A stretch of DNA of 64,000 nt, taken from NCBI GenBank assembly GCA_035637455.1, contig DASPXE010000007.1, forward strand, positions 51,097 to 115,096. Reading direction: 5' to 3'. Every line of letters begins with the position of its first letter. The stretch's first letter is position 1. Below the pieces are notes generated by a model. That model did no database searches and was not told the DNA's origin. It saw only the letters and a program-made list of their open reading frames with translations. A program made the position numbers and the translations under genes. Below, one piece after another: positions 20,198 through 28,151 of the stretch. The DNA is from Gemmatimonadales bacterium. GTDB lineage: Bacteria > Gemmatimonadota > Gemmatimonadetes > Gemmatimonadales > GWC2-71-9.

Positions 20198-20691
20198 GCC
20201 TGCATCGAGTCAGCCCAGATCTGCACCTTGGCGCGCTGGGCGTCGGTGAGGACTGCCCGTGCCTGCGCCGACGATGCTAGCATGGTCCAATGAGCCTTGC
20301 CCATCGCGTTGTGCGCCGCCTGAAAGTGGGTCTTGAGCGCCGCGGTGTCGGCCTTCGCGGCATTTGCTACCTGCTCCAGCTCCTTGAGGTGCGTTTCAGC
20401 CTCGGCCATCGCGGCGTCGCGCGCCGTCTTTGCGCCGTCCCGCAACGCGGTGAGGCGGCCGACCTGATCGGGGGTGAGGCCGAGCGCGTCCTTGCGAGCG
20501 AGCAGGTGTTGCGGGGTGTAGAGCATCATTCTCATCAGCGACGGCCCCATCCGCTCCATCATGGGGTCGTCCATCATCATCCCGCGGCCGGCACCCATCA
20601 TCGGATGATGCATAGTGTCGTGTTGCTCCGCCTGCTGTGCGGCGAGCGGAGTCGCGAGAACCATTACTACCAAAGCGCTCGTCCAGTTCAT
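20149..20691 (-). CDS. Secreted Met/His-rich LTXXQ-family protein (possible Cu(I)-binding periplasmic protein)
   Basis: Signal peptide MNWTSALVVMVLATPLAAQQ is followed by HDTMHHPMMGAGRGMMMDDPMMERMGPSLMRMM. A helical domain with LTPDQ and LTDAQ follows. Confidence 0.6.
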   Translation of the reverse strand: MNWTSALVVMVLATPLAAQQAEQHDTMHHPMMGAGRGMMMDDPMMERMGPSLMRMMLYTPQHLLARKDALGLTPDQVGRLTALRDGAKTARDAAMAEAETHLKELEQVANAAKADTAALKTHFQAAHNAMGKAHWTMLASSAQARAVLTDAQRAKVQIWADSMQAWTEQHRRMMNPGKSP

Positions 20692-20750
20692 ATGACCCTC
20701 CAACGCCATAAGGTAACACCTGCATGCGAGGATGAATCGGTAATGAAATA

Positions 20751-20783
20751 CCCCCCCCGCGGAGCATTCGCGCCGCGGGGGGG
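20751..20783 (-). terminator. C/G-clamp hairpin downstream of the cupredoxin gene
   Basis: CCCCCCCCGCGG agcattcgcg CCGCGGGGGGG. On the minus-strand RNA it is followed by UAUUUCAUUA. A near-identical hairpin lies at 22904-22933. Confidence 0.5.
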
Positions 20784-20814
20784 ACGGTCCAACGGTCTAG
20801 GCCAACCGGGCCGC

Positions 20815-21366
20815 TCAAGGCGCGGTGGCGAGCGCCGGCTTGTCAGCAGATCCAGAGACCGCGAGCCGGATCCACATCCCGGCCGCGCCATGCCCGGGCA
20901 CGGCGCAGAAAATCAGGAAGGAGCCGCTCTTCCCCGCCACGAACCGGAGATCGGCACTCTGCCCGGACGGGAAGCCCTGTTCGAGTCGGCCGGTCGCGGC
21001 GTGCTCGAACGCAGGTGGGACGGGGCCGCTCGGAACGGCTCGCGCCTCAGCGATGACTTCTACCGAGTGCGGCAGGTTCGGGTCTTCATTCTTGAAGTGG
21101 AGCACGACGCTCCAAGCCTGGGGCACCGTGAGCACGAGCGCACCCTGGCTGAACCCGTTGAAGTTCATCCCTCCATTGGCGTCGGTGAGGCCGGCCACGA
21201 GCTTGAAGTCGGCGGTCTTGCTTGCCGCATCGGCGCGTAACCAGGTTGGATCAATCTTGCCGCCTTTCGTGGTCTGGGCTCGAGCGCCCACCGCGCCGAG
21301 GAGGAGCGCCCCGGTCAGGAGTAACGAGCGTCGACCTCGGATCATCAAGCTCATTGGCAGTCGCAT
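20815..21366 (-). CDS. Secreted type-1 copper cupredoxin (sulfocyanin/rusticyanin-like)
   Basis: Signal peptide with RR (MIRGRRSLLLTGALLLGAVGARAQ). An upstream His lies in LPHSVEV, and the C-terminal ligand loop is FCAVPGHGAAGMW (C-x4-H-x4-M). Confidence 0.75.
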   Translation of the reverse strand: MRLPMSLMIRGRRSLLLTGALLLGAVGARAQTTKGGKIDPTWLRADAASKTADFKLVAGLTDANGGMNFNGFSQGALVLTVPQAWSVVLHFKNEDPNLPHSVEVIAEARAVPSGPVPPAFEHAATGRLEQGFPSGQSADLRFVAGKSGSFLIFCAVPGHGAAGMWIRLAVSGSADKPALATAP

Positions 21367-21403
21367 GTGGACCCTCTCCCTACCAAATAATGACGACGCG
21401 CCG

Positions 21404-22810
21404 CTAGTACAGCAGCCACGTCAGGATATACAGCGTGTTGTTATCGCTCGCCCGGCGCCCGAACCCGTCGTAGTTGCTCGAGCTGCCGTTGAACTTATCG
21501 TACGCCACGTACTGGAATTGTAGCCGCAGGTTCTGCCAGGGCATGACGTCGACCTCGGCAATCAGGCCGTCGTTGTTGGGACTGCCGGTACGACTCCCCG
21601 CCACGGGGCCCGGTGCGTAGAGCAAGGTGTCGCTCGTGCCCGTGGTGACGAACGGCGCGAGGGTGAATGCGTACCGCGTGCCGATGTGGTACATGGCGTC
21701 CACCCGAAACGTGCGGAGCGTGTTCGTGAGGTTCGCCGCGCCGCCGGCGGTCCAGGTCTGCTTCTCGTGGATCCAAGTGCCGTCGAGCGTGAAGCTGTTC
21801 GGCCCGAACGAGTGCATGTACGCGAGGTCCACGGCAATATCGGTGAATCGATTCGTCGGCCCCACCACACCCTCAGGGAAAACGCTGGCCGCCAAGCCGT
21901 AGGTCCCGACCGACAAATAGTTCTGACCCCACACGTTCGGGAACGCGACGCGCCAGTACGGCGCGGCGCCTTTGATCACGTCCGTCGCCGTTGCGTCGAG
22001 CGGACGCTGGATCCCGAGGGGCGCGGAGCGGTAGGCCCCGAGTTCTCCGTAGACTCGATCGTTCCACATCGTGTACGCCGTCAGTCCCGCCGCTTGCTGG
22101 CCGAGTGTACCGTCCACCAGCGTGGCCGCGGCCGGCGCCGGAGCCACCGCCGAGCTGCCGTACGGGAAACCCCAGGCTGGTGTGCTGTTCCAGACGTCTT
22201 GTACCGTGGGGTTGTTGTTCAGGCTCAGCCCGAGCGTGGTGCGCTTAGACAGGAGGTTCACGTGAGTCGCGAACCGGAAATCCGCGTTGTCGACCCCCAG
22301 CTGACCGCTCTGCGGATCGAACGTCACCTGTAAGAAACCACCCACGTGGGGGGTTATCTCGCCCCCGGTGAAGAGGCTCAGCTGATCGGGAAAGAGCACC
22401 GTGCCGTTCTGCGTGCCGGGCAGCGCCTTTTTCGTGCTGGTGTACGACGTCTGGAACATCAAGGACACCGGCGCCACCAGGTTGAGCAGCAGGCTTTGTT
22501 GGCCCTCGGGGCTCTTGCCCTCGAGGGACTCACTCCTCCGGAACACGTAGCCGTTGAGCTTGAAGGCCCGGCCCGTGGGCGTGAGCTCCGGGAAATGGGT
22601 GTGGCAGGCGCTGCACGCCAGGCCGGTCTGGCGCGCGTAGGTCGGTGTTACGCGCGCGGCAGCCAGCACGTAGCGCGTGGCGTAGACCTGCAGCGCCCGC
22701 GCCGCATTCGCTCGTTCGCGATCCCCGGCGCCACGGTCGGCGAGGGCGGCGCGTGCGGCGCCCGTGATCAGCGCGCAAATGAGGACTACGATCCTGGCTC
22801 GACGCGACAT
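21404..22810 (-). CDS. Fused monohaem cytochrome c / outer-membrane beta-barrel (Cyc2-like architecture)
   Basis: ATG 22810 lies behind GGGAG and gives signal peptide MSRRARIVVLICALITGAARAALA. There is a single CXXCH (GLACSACHTHFPELTPTGRAFKLNGY). About 400 aa of alternating beta-strand sequence follow, ending YILTWLLY. Confidence 0.6.
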   Translation of the reverse strand: MSRRARIVVLICALITGAARAALADRGAGDRERANAARALQVYATRYVLAAARVTPTYARQTGLACSACHTHFPELTPTGRAFKLNGYVFRRSESLEGKSPEGQQSLLLNLVAPVSLMFQTSYTSTKKALPGTQNGTVLFPDQLSLFTGGEITPHVGGFLQVTFDPQSGQLGVDNADFRFATHVNLLSKRTTLGLSLNNNPTVQDVWNSTPAWGFPYGSSAVAPAPAAATLVDGTLGQQAAGLTAYTMWNDRVYGELGAYRSAPLGIQRPLDATATDVIKGAAPYWRVAFPNVWGQNYLSVGTYGLAASVFPEGVVGPTNRFTDIAVDLAYMHSFGPNSFTLDGTWIHEKQTWTAGGAANLTNTLRTFRVDAMYHIGTRYAFTLAPFVTTGTSDTLLYAPGPVAGSRTGSPNNDGLIAEVDVMPWQNLRLQFQYVAYDKFNGSSSNYDGFGRRASDNNTLYILTWLLY

Positions 22811-22903
22811 GAGCACTCCCGGTGCGAAGGTTGAGGGAGTTTGCAGGTGGCGTGGCATCGCGGACATGAAGACGCCATGAAGAGGCCTTCAGAAAACGTC
22901 AAT

Positions 22904-22933
22904 CCCCCCGCGGAGCTTTGGCGCCGCGGGGGG
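22904..22933 (-). terminator. C/G-clamp hairpin downstream of the Hsp20 remnant
   Basis: CCCCCCGCGG agctttggcg CCGCGGGGGG. On the minus-strand RNA it is followed by AUUGACGUUUUCUG. It belongs to the same sequence family as 20751-20783. Confidence 0.5.
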
Positions 22934-22937
22934 ATCA

Positions 22938-23176
22938 TCACGCCTTCTCCTCGGCCACCTGCTCCTTCGTGCCTTTGATCGTCAGGAGGTTGCCCTCCAC
23001 GAAGATCTTCACTTCCTCGGGCTTCACACCCGGCACCTCGGCGACGAGCCGGATGTACTCCGGGGCCTCGAAGATGTCGACGAACGGCAGCCAGGCGAGG
23101 GTAACCCCATGCTAGCGGCCGGCCCGTCAGACGCTGCTGAAACGGGTCTGAGATTTCCGAGCGACAACCTTCACGC
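22938..23176 (-). pseudogene. Hsp20/alpha-crystallin gene remnant (frameshifted and truncated at both ends)
   Basis: The reverse frame reads WLPFVDIFEAPEYIRLVAEVPGVKPEEVKIFVEGNLLTIKGTKEQVAEEKA then stops, which is only the first half of an alpha-crystallin domain. It has no start codon after an in-frame TAG at 23112. The preceding SEISDPFQQRLTGRPLAWG is in another frame. Confidence 0.6.
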
Positions 23177-24652
23177 TTAGCGCGTGGGGATGTTGGTGCC
23201 GTGGCACGCGGTGCACATCTGCGGATTCTTGCGCGCGAGCCGGGTGGTGTCGAAACCCGGGCCGTGCGGGTCTACGTGCCGGCCGCCGATCGCCGAGTGG
23301 CAGGTGAGGCAGTCGCGCTCGGCGTGGCAGCTGACGCAGGTCTCGAGGCTTTGGCGCGCCGCCCCACCATGCCCCGCGACGAAGAACTGGTTCGAGTCGT
23401 GATAGCCGTGGCGCAGCGGCCCTTGCGCCGCGAGACCGGACCGCGCGTGACAGCTAGTGCAGAACTGCCCGGCGTTGTGGCAGTCGCTGCAGGAGGTCTC
23501 GCGCGCGTACGCCGCCGCCGGGTGACGCGCCAGGAAGCCGGCTGGGTGATACCCGGCCGCGCGGGCGGCGTCGGGCCGGTGGCACTCGAGGCAGTCGTTG
23601 CGTACGTGGCAACCGGAGCACGTGGCTGGGACAGCATTCGCGGCGGCGGCGTGACGTGTCCGGAAGCTCTCGCCGTGCGACGGCGGTCGCCGGCGCGTGA
23701 TGACGGCACCAATCCCCCGCCCCGCACCCGAGGGGAACAGCCGCACCGCCACCCGCGGGGTCCCCGCGTGGCAGGCGAGGCAGCTCTCCTGCGTGTGACA
23801 GGTGCTGCACTGCTGTGGCGCGCTGCGCGCAACGGCGCCGTGCTCAGCCAGGAACGTCCCGGCCGCGTGCGTCGGCGGAGCCTGGAGACGCGCCTTGATC
23901 CCGAGCGAGCGGGGGTCGGCGGCGAGCGCCTGGACGGTCGGCTGCTCCGGGGCATCCACGTGACACTGTAAGCAGAAATCGCGCGCATGACAGGTCGCGC
24001 AGCTCGCTGCGACCGGGCTTTCGACCCTCGCTTCTGCGCCGTGACCGCGCCCGCCCGCGAAGCCGGCCTGTTTGTGAGCAGGTGGTGTTTCAAACGCTGC
24101 GACGTCCCGAACCGTCAGCCGCTCGGCTCGGGCGAGTGGCACGTGGCACGTCGTGCACGCACTGTCGGGCGCGGCGAGATGAGCGGTCCGGATGGCGTGG
24201 CAGTCGAGGCAGCGCTCCGCGACCGGCGGCTTCACGGCCATCCACGGAGTACCCTCATCCGAGTGGCAGTCCACGCACCCGACCACCGCTTGGCCGCGAG
24301 CCACAAGAGTCGCCGCGTGCTTGGCGTGCTCGAATGTCAGATTGTGTCGCGCTGGCTCGACGGGCGGCCGCCACGTGACGGCCTTCTGAATCTTGCCGTC
24401 GTGGCACGTCGCGCACGACGCCGGATCGGGCCACAGCGCCGCGCCGGCGCTCGCGGCACCAGCATGACAGGTGGTGCACGTGGGGAACAGCTTCTGGTGC
24501 TTCGGGTGATCGAAGCCGGACGCCGGCTGCTGAGCAGCGAGCGGGCTGGCAACCAGCAACGCCGCCAAGGCTCGGGCCAGCAGGGGCACGCCATTGCTCG
24601 CTCGTTCCCATCCTGAAGGATCGGCTCGGCCAATCATGGTCCTGAAGGACAT
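23177..24652 (-). CDS. Secreted 16-haem c-type cytochrome with doubled-CXXCH modules
   Basis: Starts at ATG 24652 (MSFRTMIGR...), with signal peptide ARALAALLVASPLAAQ. I counted 16 CXXCH motifs, five of them as CxxCH-x3-5-CxxCH pairs (e.g. CATCHARDFCLQCH, CSTCHTQESCLACH). The track ORF to 25390 is an unsupported extension. Confidence 0.9.
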   Translation of the reverse strand: MSFRTMIGRADPSGWERASNGVPLLARALAALLVASPLAAQQPASGFDHPKHQKLFPTCTTCHAGAASAGAALWPDPASCATCHDGKIQKAVTWRPPVEPARHNLTFEHAKHAATLVARGQAVVGCVDCHSDEGTPWMAVKPPVAERCLDCHAIRTAHLAAPDSACTTCHVPLARAERLTVRDVAAFETPPAHKQAGFAGGRGHGAEARVESPVAASCATCHARDFCLQCHVDAPEQPTVQALAADPRSLGIKARLQAPPTHAAGTFLAEHGAVARSAPQQCSTCHTQESCLACHAGTPRVAVRLFPSGAGRGIGAVITRRRPPSHGESFRTRHAAAANAVPATCSGCHVRNDCLECHRPDAARAAGYHPAGFLARHPAAAYARETSCSDCHNAGQFCTSCHARSGLAAQGPLRHGYHDSNQFFVAGHGGAARQSLETCVSCHAERDCLTCHSAIGGRHVDPHGPGFDTTRLARKNPQMCTACHGTNIPTR

Positions 24653-24657
24653 TGTGC

Positions 24658-26166
24658 TCACCGGCTCTCGCCCCTGACGGGCATCCGCCGCACAGCAGGC
24701 GGGACGCCGGAGAGATCGGCGCTGCTGCCTAACAGCAGGATGGCGCGCGCGCTGACCCGCACCTGATCCCAGTTGAACGCCGCCGCGTCGGGGCGCTTCC
24801 GGTCTTCCACATAACGGCCAGCGTCGATCTGCAGTCGCAGCCGGGACATTGCGCGGCACTCGGCCGAGAGCCCGTACGCCTTGAGGGACGACTCGTCGAA
24901 CCGGAATTCGAGCGGGCGATCGAGCGTGGAGCCGTACACGCTGAGCGCCAGGAACTCGCCCGGTGTGAATGTGAGGGCGCCGACGAACCCCCGCGACGCC
25001 GCCCCGGGCCCGAACTCGGCGTGGTAGCCGCCGTCGACGGTCCAGCGAGCGGACGGCGTGACGGTGGTACCCCAGGCGAATCGCCAGCCGGACGTCTCGT
25101 ACGTCACGAGCGGTGTCGACACGTCGGCGGCATCGAAGGCATATCTTTCGCCGCGGGCCCGCAGCCTGACCTTGGCGACGGGCGCGAACGAAACGGACCC
25201 CTCGACCGTGTGGTATGGCACCGGGCTGAACGCGCCCCAAATGGTCCACAGATCGAAGTGCGGGCGGTAGCGGCGCACGCCGAGGGTGGCGGTGACGCGG
25301 CCGCCTACCGGTAAAAACCCGAGCGCCGCTTCCGCGCTCCCCCACCAGCCGGCGGCGAGGTCGTAGTCGGCGCCGCCTGTGAGGGTCCAACCAGCGTAGG
25401 GACGGATCGCGACGTCCACGCCGGCGCGCTCCGAGACGAAATAATCGACGATGGGGTCGACCTCGCGCAGGTAGGTGGCCCGCACGTCGAAGCGCGACGT
25501 GGTCCAGCCTGCGCCCGCGCCCGCCACGAGCTGGCGCTGCTGCGGCTGGAAGTCATCGAGCGGATTCAACGCCGGGCTCGTGACGGGCAGTGCCACGCCG
25601 CGCGCCAGGCCCCAGCCGCCGTACGCTACGAGCTCGAGTCCACGCCGCGCGTCTCGCACAGTCACCCGCGCGCCGTCGAATCCCGCGAAGCCGAGCCGCG
25701 TGACGGTCGTCTGGCGGCCGACCTGTGCCGTGAGCCGCTCGCCGGCGTACTGGGCGTATCCTTCGAGCAGCTGCAGGTGGGAATCGGTCCCCGGCCAGTT
25801 GTCCCCGCTGCTCAGATCGCCGGCGACGCGAGCGGAGGCACGGATGCTCAGGCCCGGGAGACCGAGGCCCCAAAGCGTAACGTCCGCTGTCGTTGTAATC
25901 GGCGCGGCGTGCACCGCCGGCCCGGGCCGGAAGTACGTGCAGTAGGCGCTTCCGCTCAGGCAGGTGACGGCGAAGCCGTCCGGCGTGGTCGGTCCTCCGC
26001 TCGGGCCCGGGACCGTGTCGCTGGCCGGGATGCTGTCGGGCGTAATCCCGCGAAACGCGACCGTCTGCGCCCGCGTCTCGAGTCGCAGGCGATAGCCCTG
26101 GGCGCGCGCCGCGGCGGGAAGCACGGCGAGGGCGAGCGCGGCGAGCGCGCCGGCACCGCGGCTCAC
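24658..26166 (-). CDS. Outer-membrane beta-barrel (porin-like) protein of the cytochrome operon
   Basis: GTG 26166 overlaps the upstream stop as GTGA. Signal peptide is VSRGAGALAALALAVLPAAARAQ. About 480 aa show alternating hydrophobic beta-strand periodicity, rich in Y/W/G/R, with no haem motif. The gene lies 5 nt upstream of the 16-haem gene. Confidence 0.6.
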   Translation of the reverse strand: MSRGAGALAALALAVLPAAARAQGYRLRLETRAQTVAFRGITPDSIPASDTVPGPSGGPTTPDGFAVTCLSGSAYCTYFRPGPAVHAAPITTTADVTLWGLGLPGLSIRASARVAGDLSSGDNWPGTDSHLQLLEGYAQYAGERLTAQVGRQTTVTRLGFAGFDGARVTVRDARRGLELVAYGGWGLARGVALPVTSPALNPLDDFQPQQRQLVAGAGAGWTTSRFDVRATYLREVDPIVDYFVSERAGVDVAIRPYAGWTLTGGADYDLAAGWWGSAEAALGFLPVGGRVTATLGVRRYRPHFDLWTIWGAFSPVPYHTVEGSVSFAPVAKVRLRARGERYAFDAADVSTPLVTYETSGWRFAWGTTVTPSARWTVDGGYHAEFGPGAASRGFVGALTFTPGEFLALSVYGSTLDRPLEFRFDESSLKAYGLSAECRAMSRLRLQIDAGRYVEDRKRPDAAAFNWDQVRVSARAILLLGSSADLSGVPPAVRRMPVRGESR

Positions 26167-28043
26167 GATCCGGCCGCCGGTTTGCGCAGGTGATCGCGGA
26201 ACCGGTCGGGTGACGATCCGAAGTGGCACAGTGTGCACTCCCGGTCCGGATAGTGGTCCCGCTGCTTCGCATGGCAGGTGACGCACAGCGCCCGGTCGGG
26301 CACGAGCCGCGCCACGATCGCCGGCGTATGACATGCGTCGCACGCCACGTGCGCCTCGACCGGCGGCGCGTGCGCGGTGCGGCGCTCGGCGGCGTCGCCC
26401 GTGTGGCAGGCGCTGCACTGCTTTCCGCCCGCGTGGTGGTCGTCGTGGCATGCCGCACAAGCCGCCGCCTTCGACTCGGGGTCGAGGCTGACGGGGGTGG
26501 TGTGACACGCGACGCACTTCACGGTCCGGTGGGTAGCGTGATCGAACCGCGCGGCGTGCCGGCGTTCCGGGTGCGCTGCCACCGTGACCCGCACCGTCAC
26601 CGACTCGGGACGCACCAGCGCCGCCGGCTGGTGACACACCGCGCAGTCGTTCGTTTGCGGAGCCTGGTGGTGGCAGATCTGACAGCCGCGGGGAGGCTGG
26701 AAGGTTAGCCGACCGTGCTCGCGCTGGGACGCGTGGCAGGTGATACAGGAGAGCTTCTTATGGCGGTCGTGCGGGAAGGTGTCGACCGCGGCGAGAGTGC
26801 CGCCGCGCGGGGCCTCCCCCGGCGGCGGATCGTCAAAAAAAGGTCCGTCTCCCTTGCCCTTCGGGGGCCTCAACGAGATGCGCCGCAACGCCTTGGTCGT
26901 ATCGAACGGCAGGGGTGGGCTCAGCCTGCGCCCGGCGCGCCGCTCTTTCACCGCCGCGTGGCACCCGGCGCAGTCGCTCGCATCCACCTTGGCCTGGTGG
27001 GGTTGGTGGCAGAGGGTGCATTCGTCGCTGATGGCGCCGTGGTTCTTGCCGATGTGGAACGGTTCGGAGCGCCAGTCGGCGTGGCACTTGGCGGACGCGC
27101 ACGTCTGCCCAGCTTCCACGGGCTGCGTCTGGGTGTGCGGGTTGTGGCACATCCCGCAGGTGCCGCGGTGCGGGTCGCGCGCCGGGTCGAATTCGGCGAG
27201 GGCCACCTGCATCTCGTGACACGACAAGCACTGCTTCATCGCCGGGACCAGTGTGCCGCGCGCCGAGTCGCGCGTCGCCAACGCCGGCACCTCCGCGGTG
27301 AAGCGGTGACACATGATGCAATGGAGGTCGGTCTGGCCGCGCATCTTGGCGAGCTTGATCTGGACGTTGACGTGGCAGCCGGATTGCGCGCAGGTCGAAT
27401 CCACGGGCAGGAAGCGGTGCACCTCGAGCCCGTGGCAGGTTACGCACTGCACGTGCTTGAGGGCGCTCGAATCGGATTCGAGGTGCGTGCGGTGGCCGGC
27501 GGTGGACGCGATGCGCTGCCACGTCTCCTTGGCGTCGCCGCGAACGTGACAGTTGGCGCAGATGCGGGTCGGCACTTTGGCGTGCTTGCCGATCTCCTTC
27601 GGGCGCTCAGCCACCCACAAGTAAAGCTGTCGCATGTTGGCGAACATCGACTGCTGGTGGCACGAGTGACACGAGAGGGAATCGTGCTTGGACCCGGCGA
27701 AGCGCTGGAACGGCACCTTCATCACGTGGCAGCCGGTGCAGAAGCCGTTGTTGTGTTGCATGTAGCCGTAGCCGACCACGCCGAAGGCGCCGAAGCCGAG
27801 CACGATCGCCGCGGCCCCGGCGGCAAGCCCGATCTTGACCCCCCGCCGGCGCGTGAACACCCACTGTACGATCACGGCGCGATGCCGCCACAGGAGCAGG
27901 AGCACCGCCGCGGCGACGATGACTCCCACGATGAACCCGACGATCTGGAACCACTGGGGAAGATTGAAGAAGAACCGCAGCACCGCAGCGACGCCGCCCG
28001 GCAGTGGGGGGGGACCGACGGCGATCTGCTGGAGGGTCAGCAT
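26163..28043 (-). CDS. Membrane-anchored multihaem cytochrome c with N-terminal NapC/NirT(NrfH)-type quinol-dehydrogenase module; 18 CXXCH + 2 CX4CH
   Basis: Two N-terminal TM helices are followed by NNGFCTGCHVMKVPFQRFAGSKHDSLSCHSCH (NapC/NirT signature). I counted 18 CXXCH motifs plus CAQSGCH and CASAKCH. SD GAGGGA lies 5 nt before the ATG. Confidence 0.9.
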   Translation of the reverse strand: MLTLQQIAVGPPPLPGGVAAVLRFFFNLPQWFQIVGFIVGVIVAAAVLLLLWRHRAVIVQWVFTRRRGVKIGLAAGAAAIVLGFGAFGVVGYGYMQHNNGFCTGCHVMKVPFQRFAGSKHDSLSCHSCHQQSMFANMRQLYLWVAERPKEIGKHAKVPTRICANCHVRGDAKETWQRIASTAGHRTHLESDSSALKHVQCVTCHGLEVHRFLPVDSTCAQSGCHVNVQIKLAKMRGQTDLHCIMCHRFTAEVPALATRDSARGTLVPAMKQCLSCHEMQVALAEFDPARDPHRGTCGMCHNPHTQTQPVEAGQTCASAKCHADWRSEPFHIGKNHGAISDECTLCHQPHQAKVDASDCAGCHAAVKERRAGRRLSPPLPFDTTKALRRISLRPPKGKGDGPFFDDPPPGEAPRGGTLAAVDTFPHDRHKKLSCITCHASQREHGRLTFQPPRGCQICHHQAPQTNDCAVCHQPAALVRPESVTVRVTVAAHPERRHAARFDHATHRTVKCVACHTTPVSLDPESKAAACAACHDDHHAGGKQCSACHTGDAAERRTAHAPPVEAHVACDACHTPAIVARLVPDRALCVTCHAKQRDHYPDRECTLCHFGSSPDRFRDHLRKPAAGS

Positions 28044-28072
28044 GTCGGTCCCTCTACGTTATCGGTAAACAG

Positions 28073-28104
28073 GGGCCCCAGGAACCACCGCGGTTCCGGG
28101 GCCC
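28073..28104 (-). promoter_or_regulatory. Intercistronic GC-rich stem-loop between two cytochrome genes
   Basis: GGGCCCC(A)GGAACC accgc GGTTCCGGGGCCC forms 13 bp with one bulge. It lies in the 108-nt gap between the lipoprotein cytochrome stop and the 20-haem start. No clear U-run follows. Confidence 0.4.
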
Positions 28105-28151
28105 AGGGCCGCCGCTCGCGGGCAAGTCTGAACGAAGGTCTCGCGACCCCG

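Noticed and set aside
23177-25390. N-terminal extensions of track ORFs: 23177-25390, 24658-26637, 37964-40027, 40056-41078, 49250-52099, 50995-52968, 46236-47684, 17765-18562 and 10994-11767.
   Set aside because: The extensions overlap the upstream gene in another frame and are low-complexity Arg/Pro-rich. The internal starts chosen give proper signal peptides or conserved N-termini, and often 4-nt start/stop overlaps.
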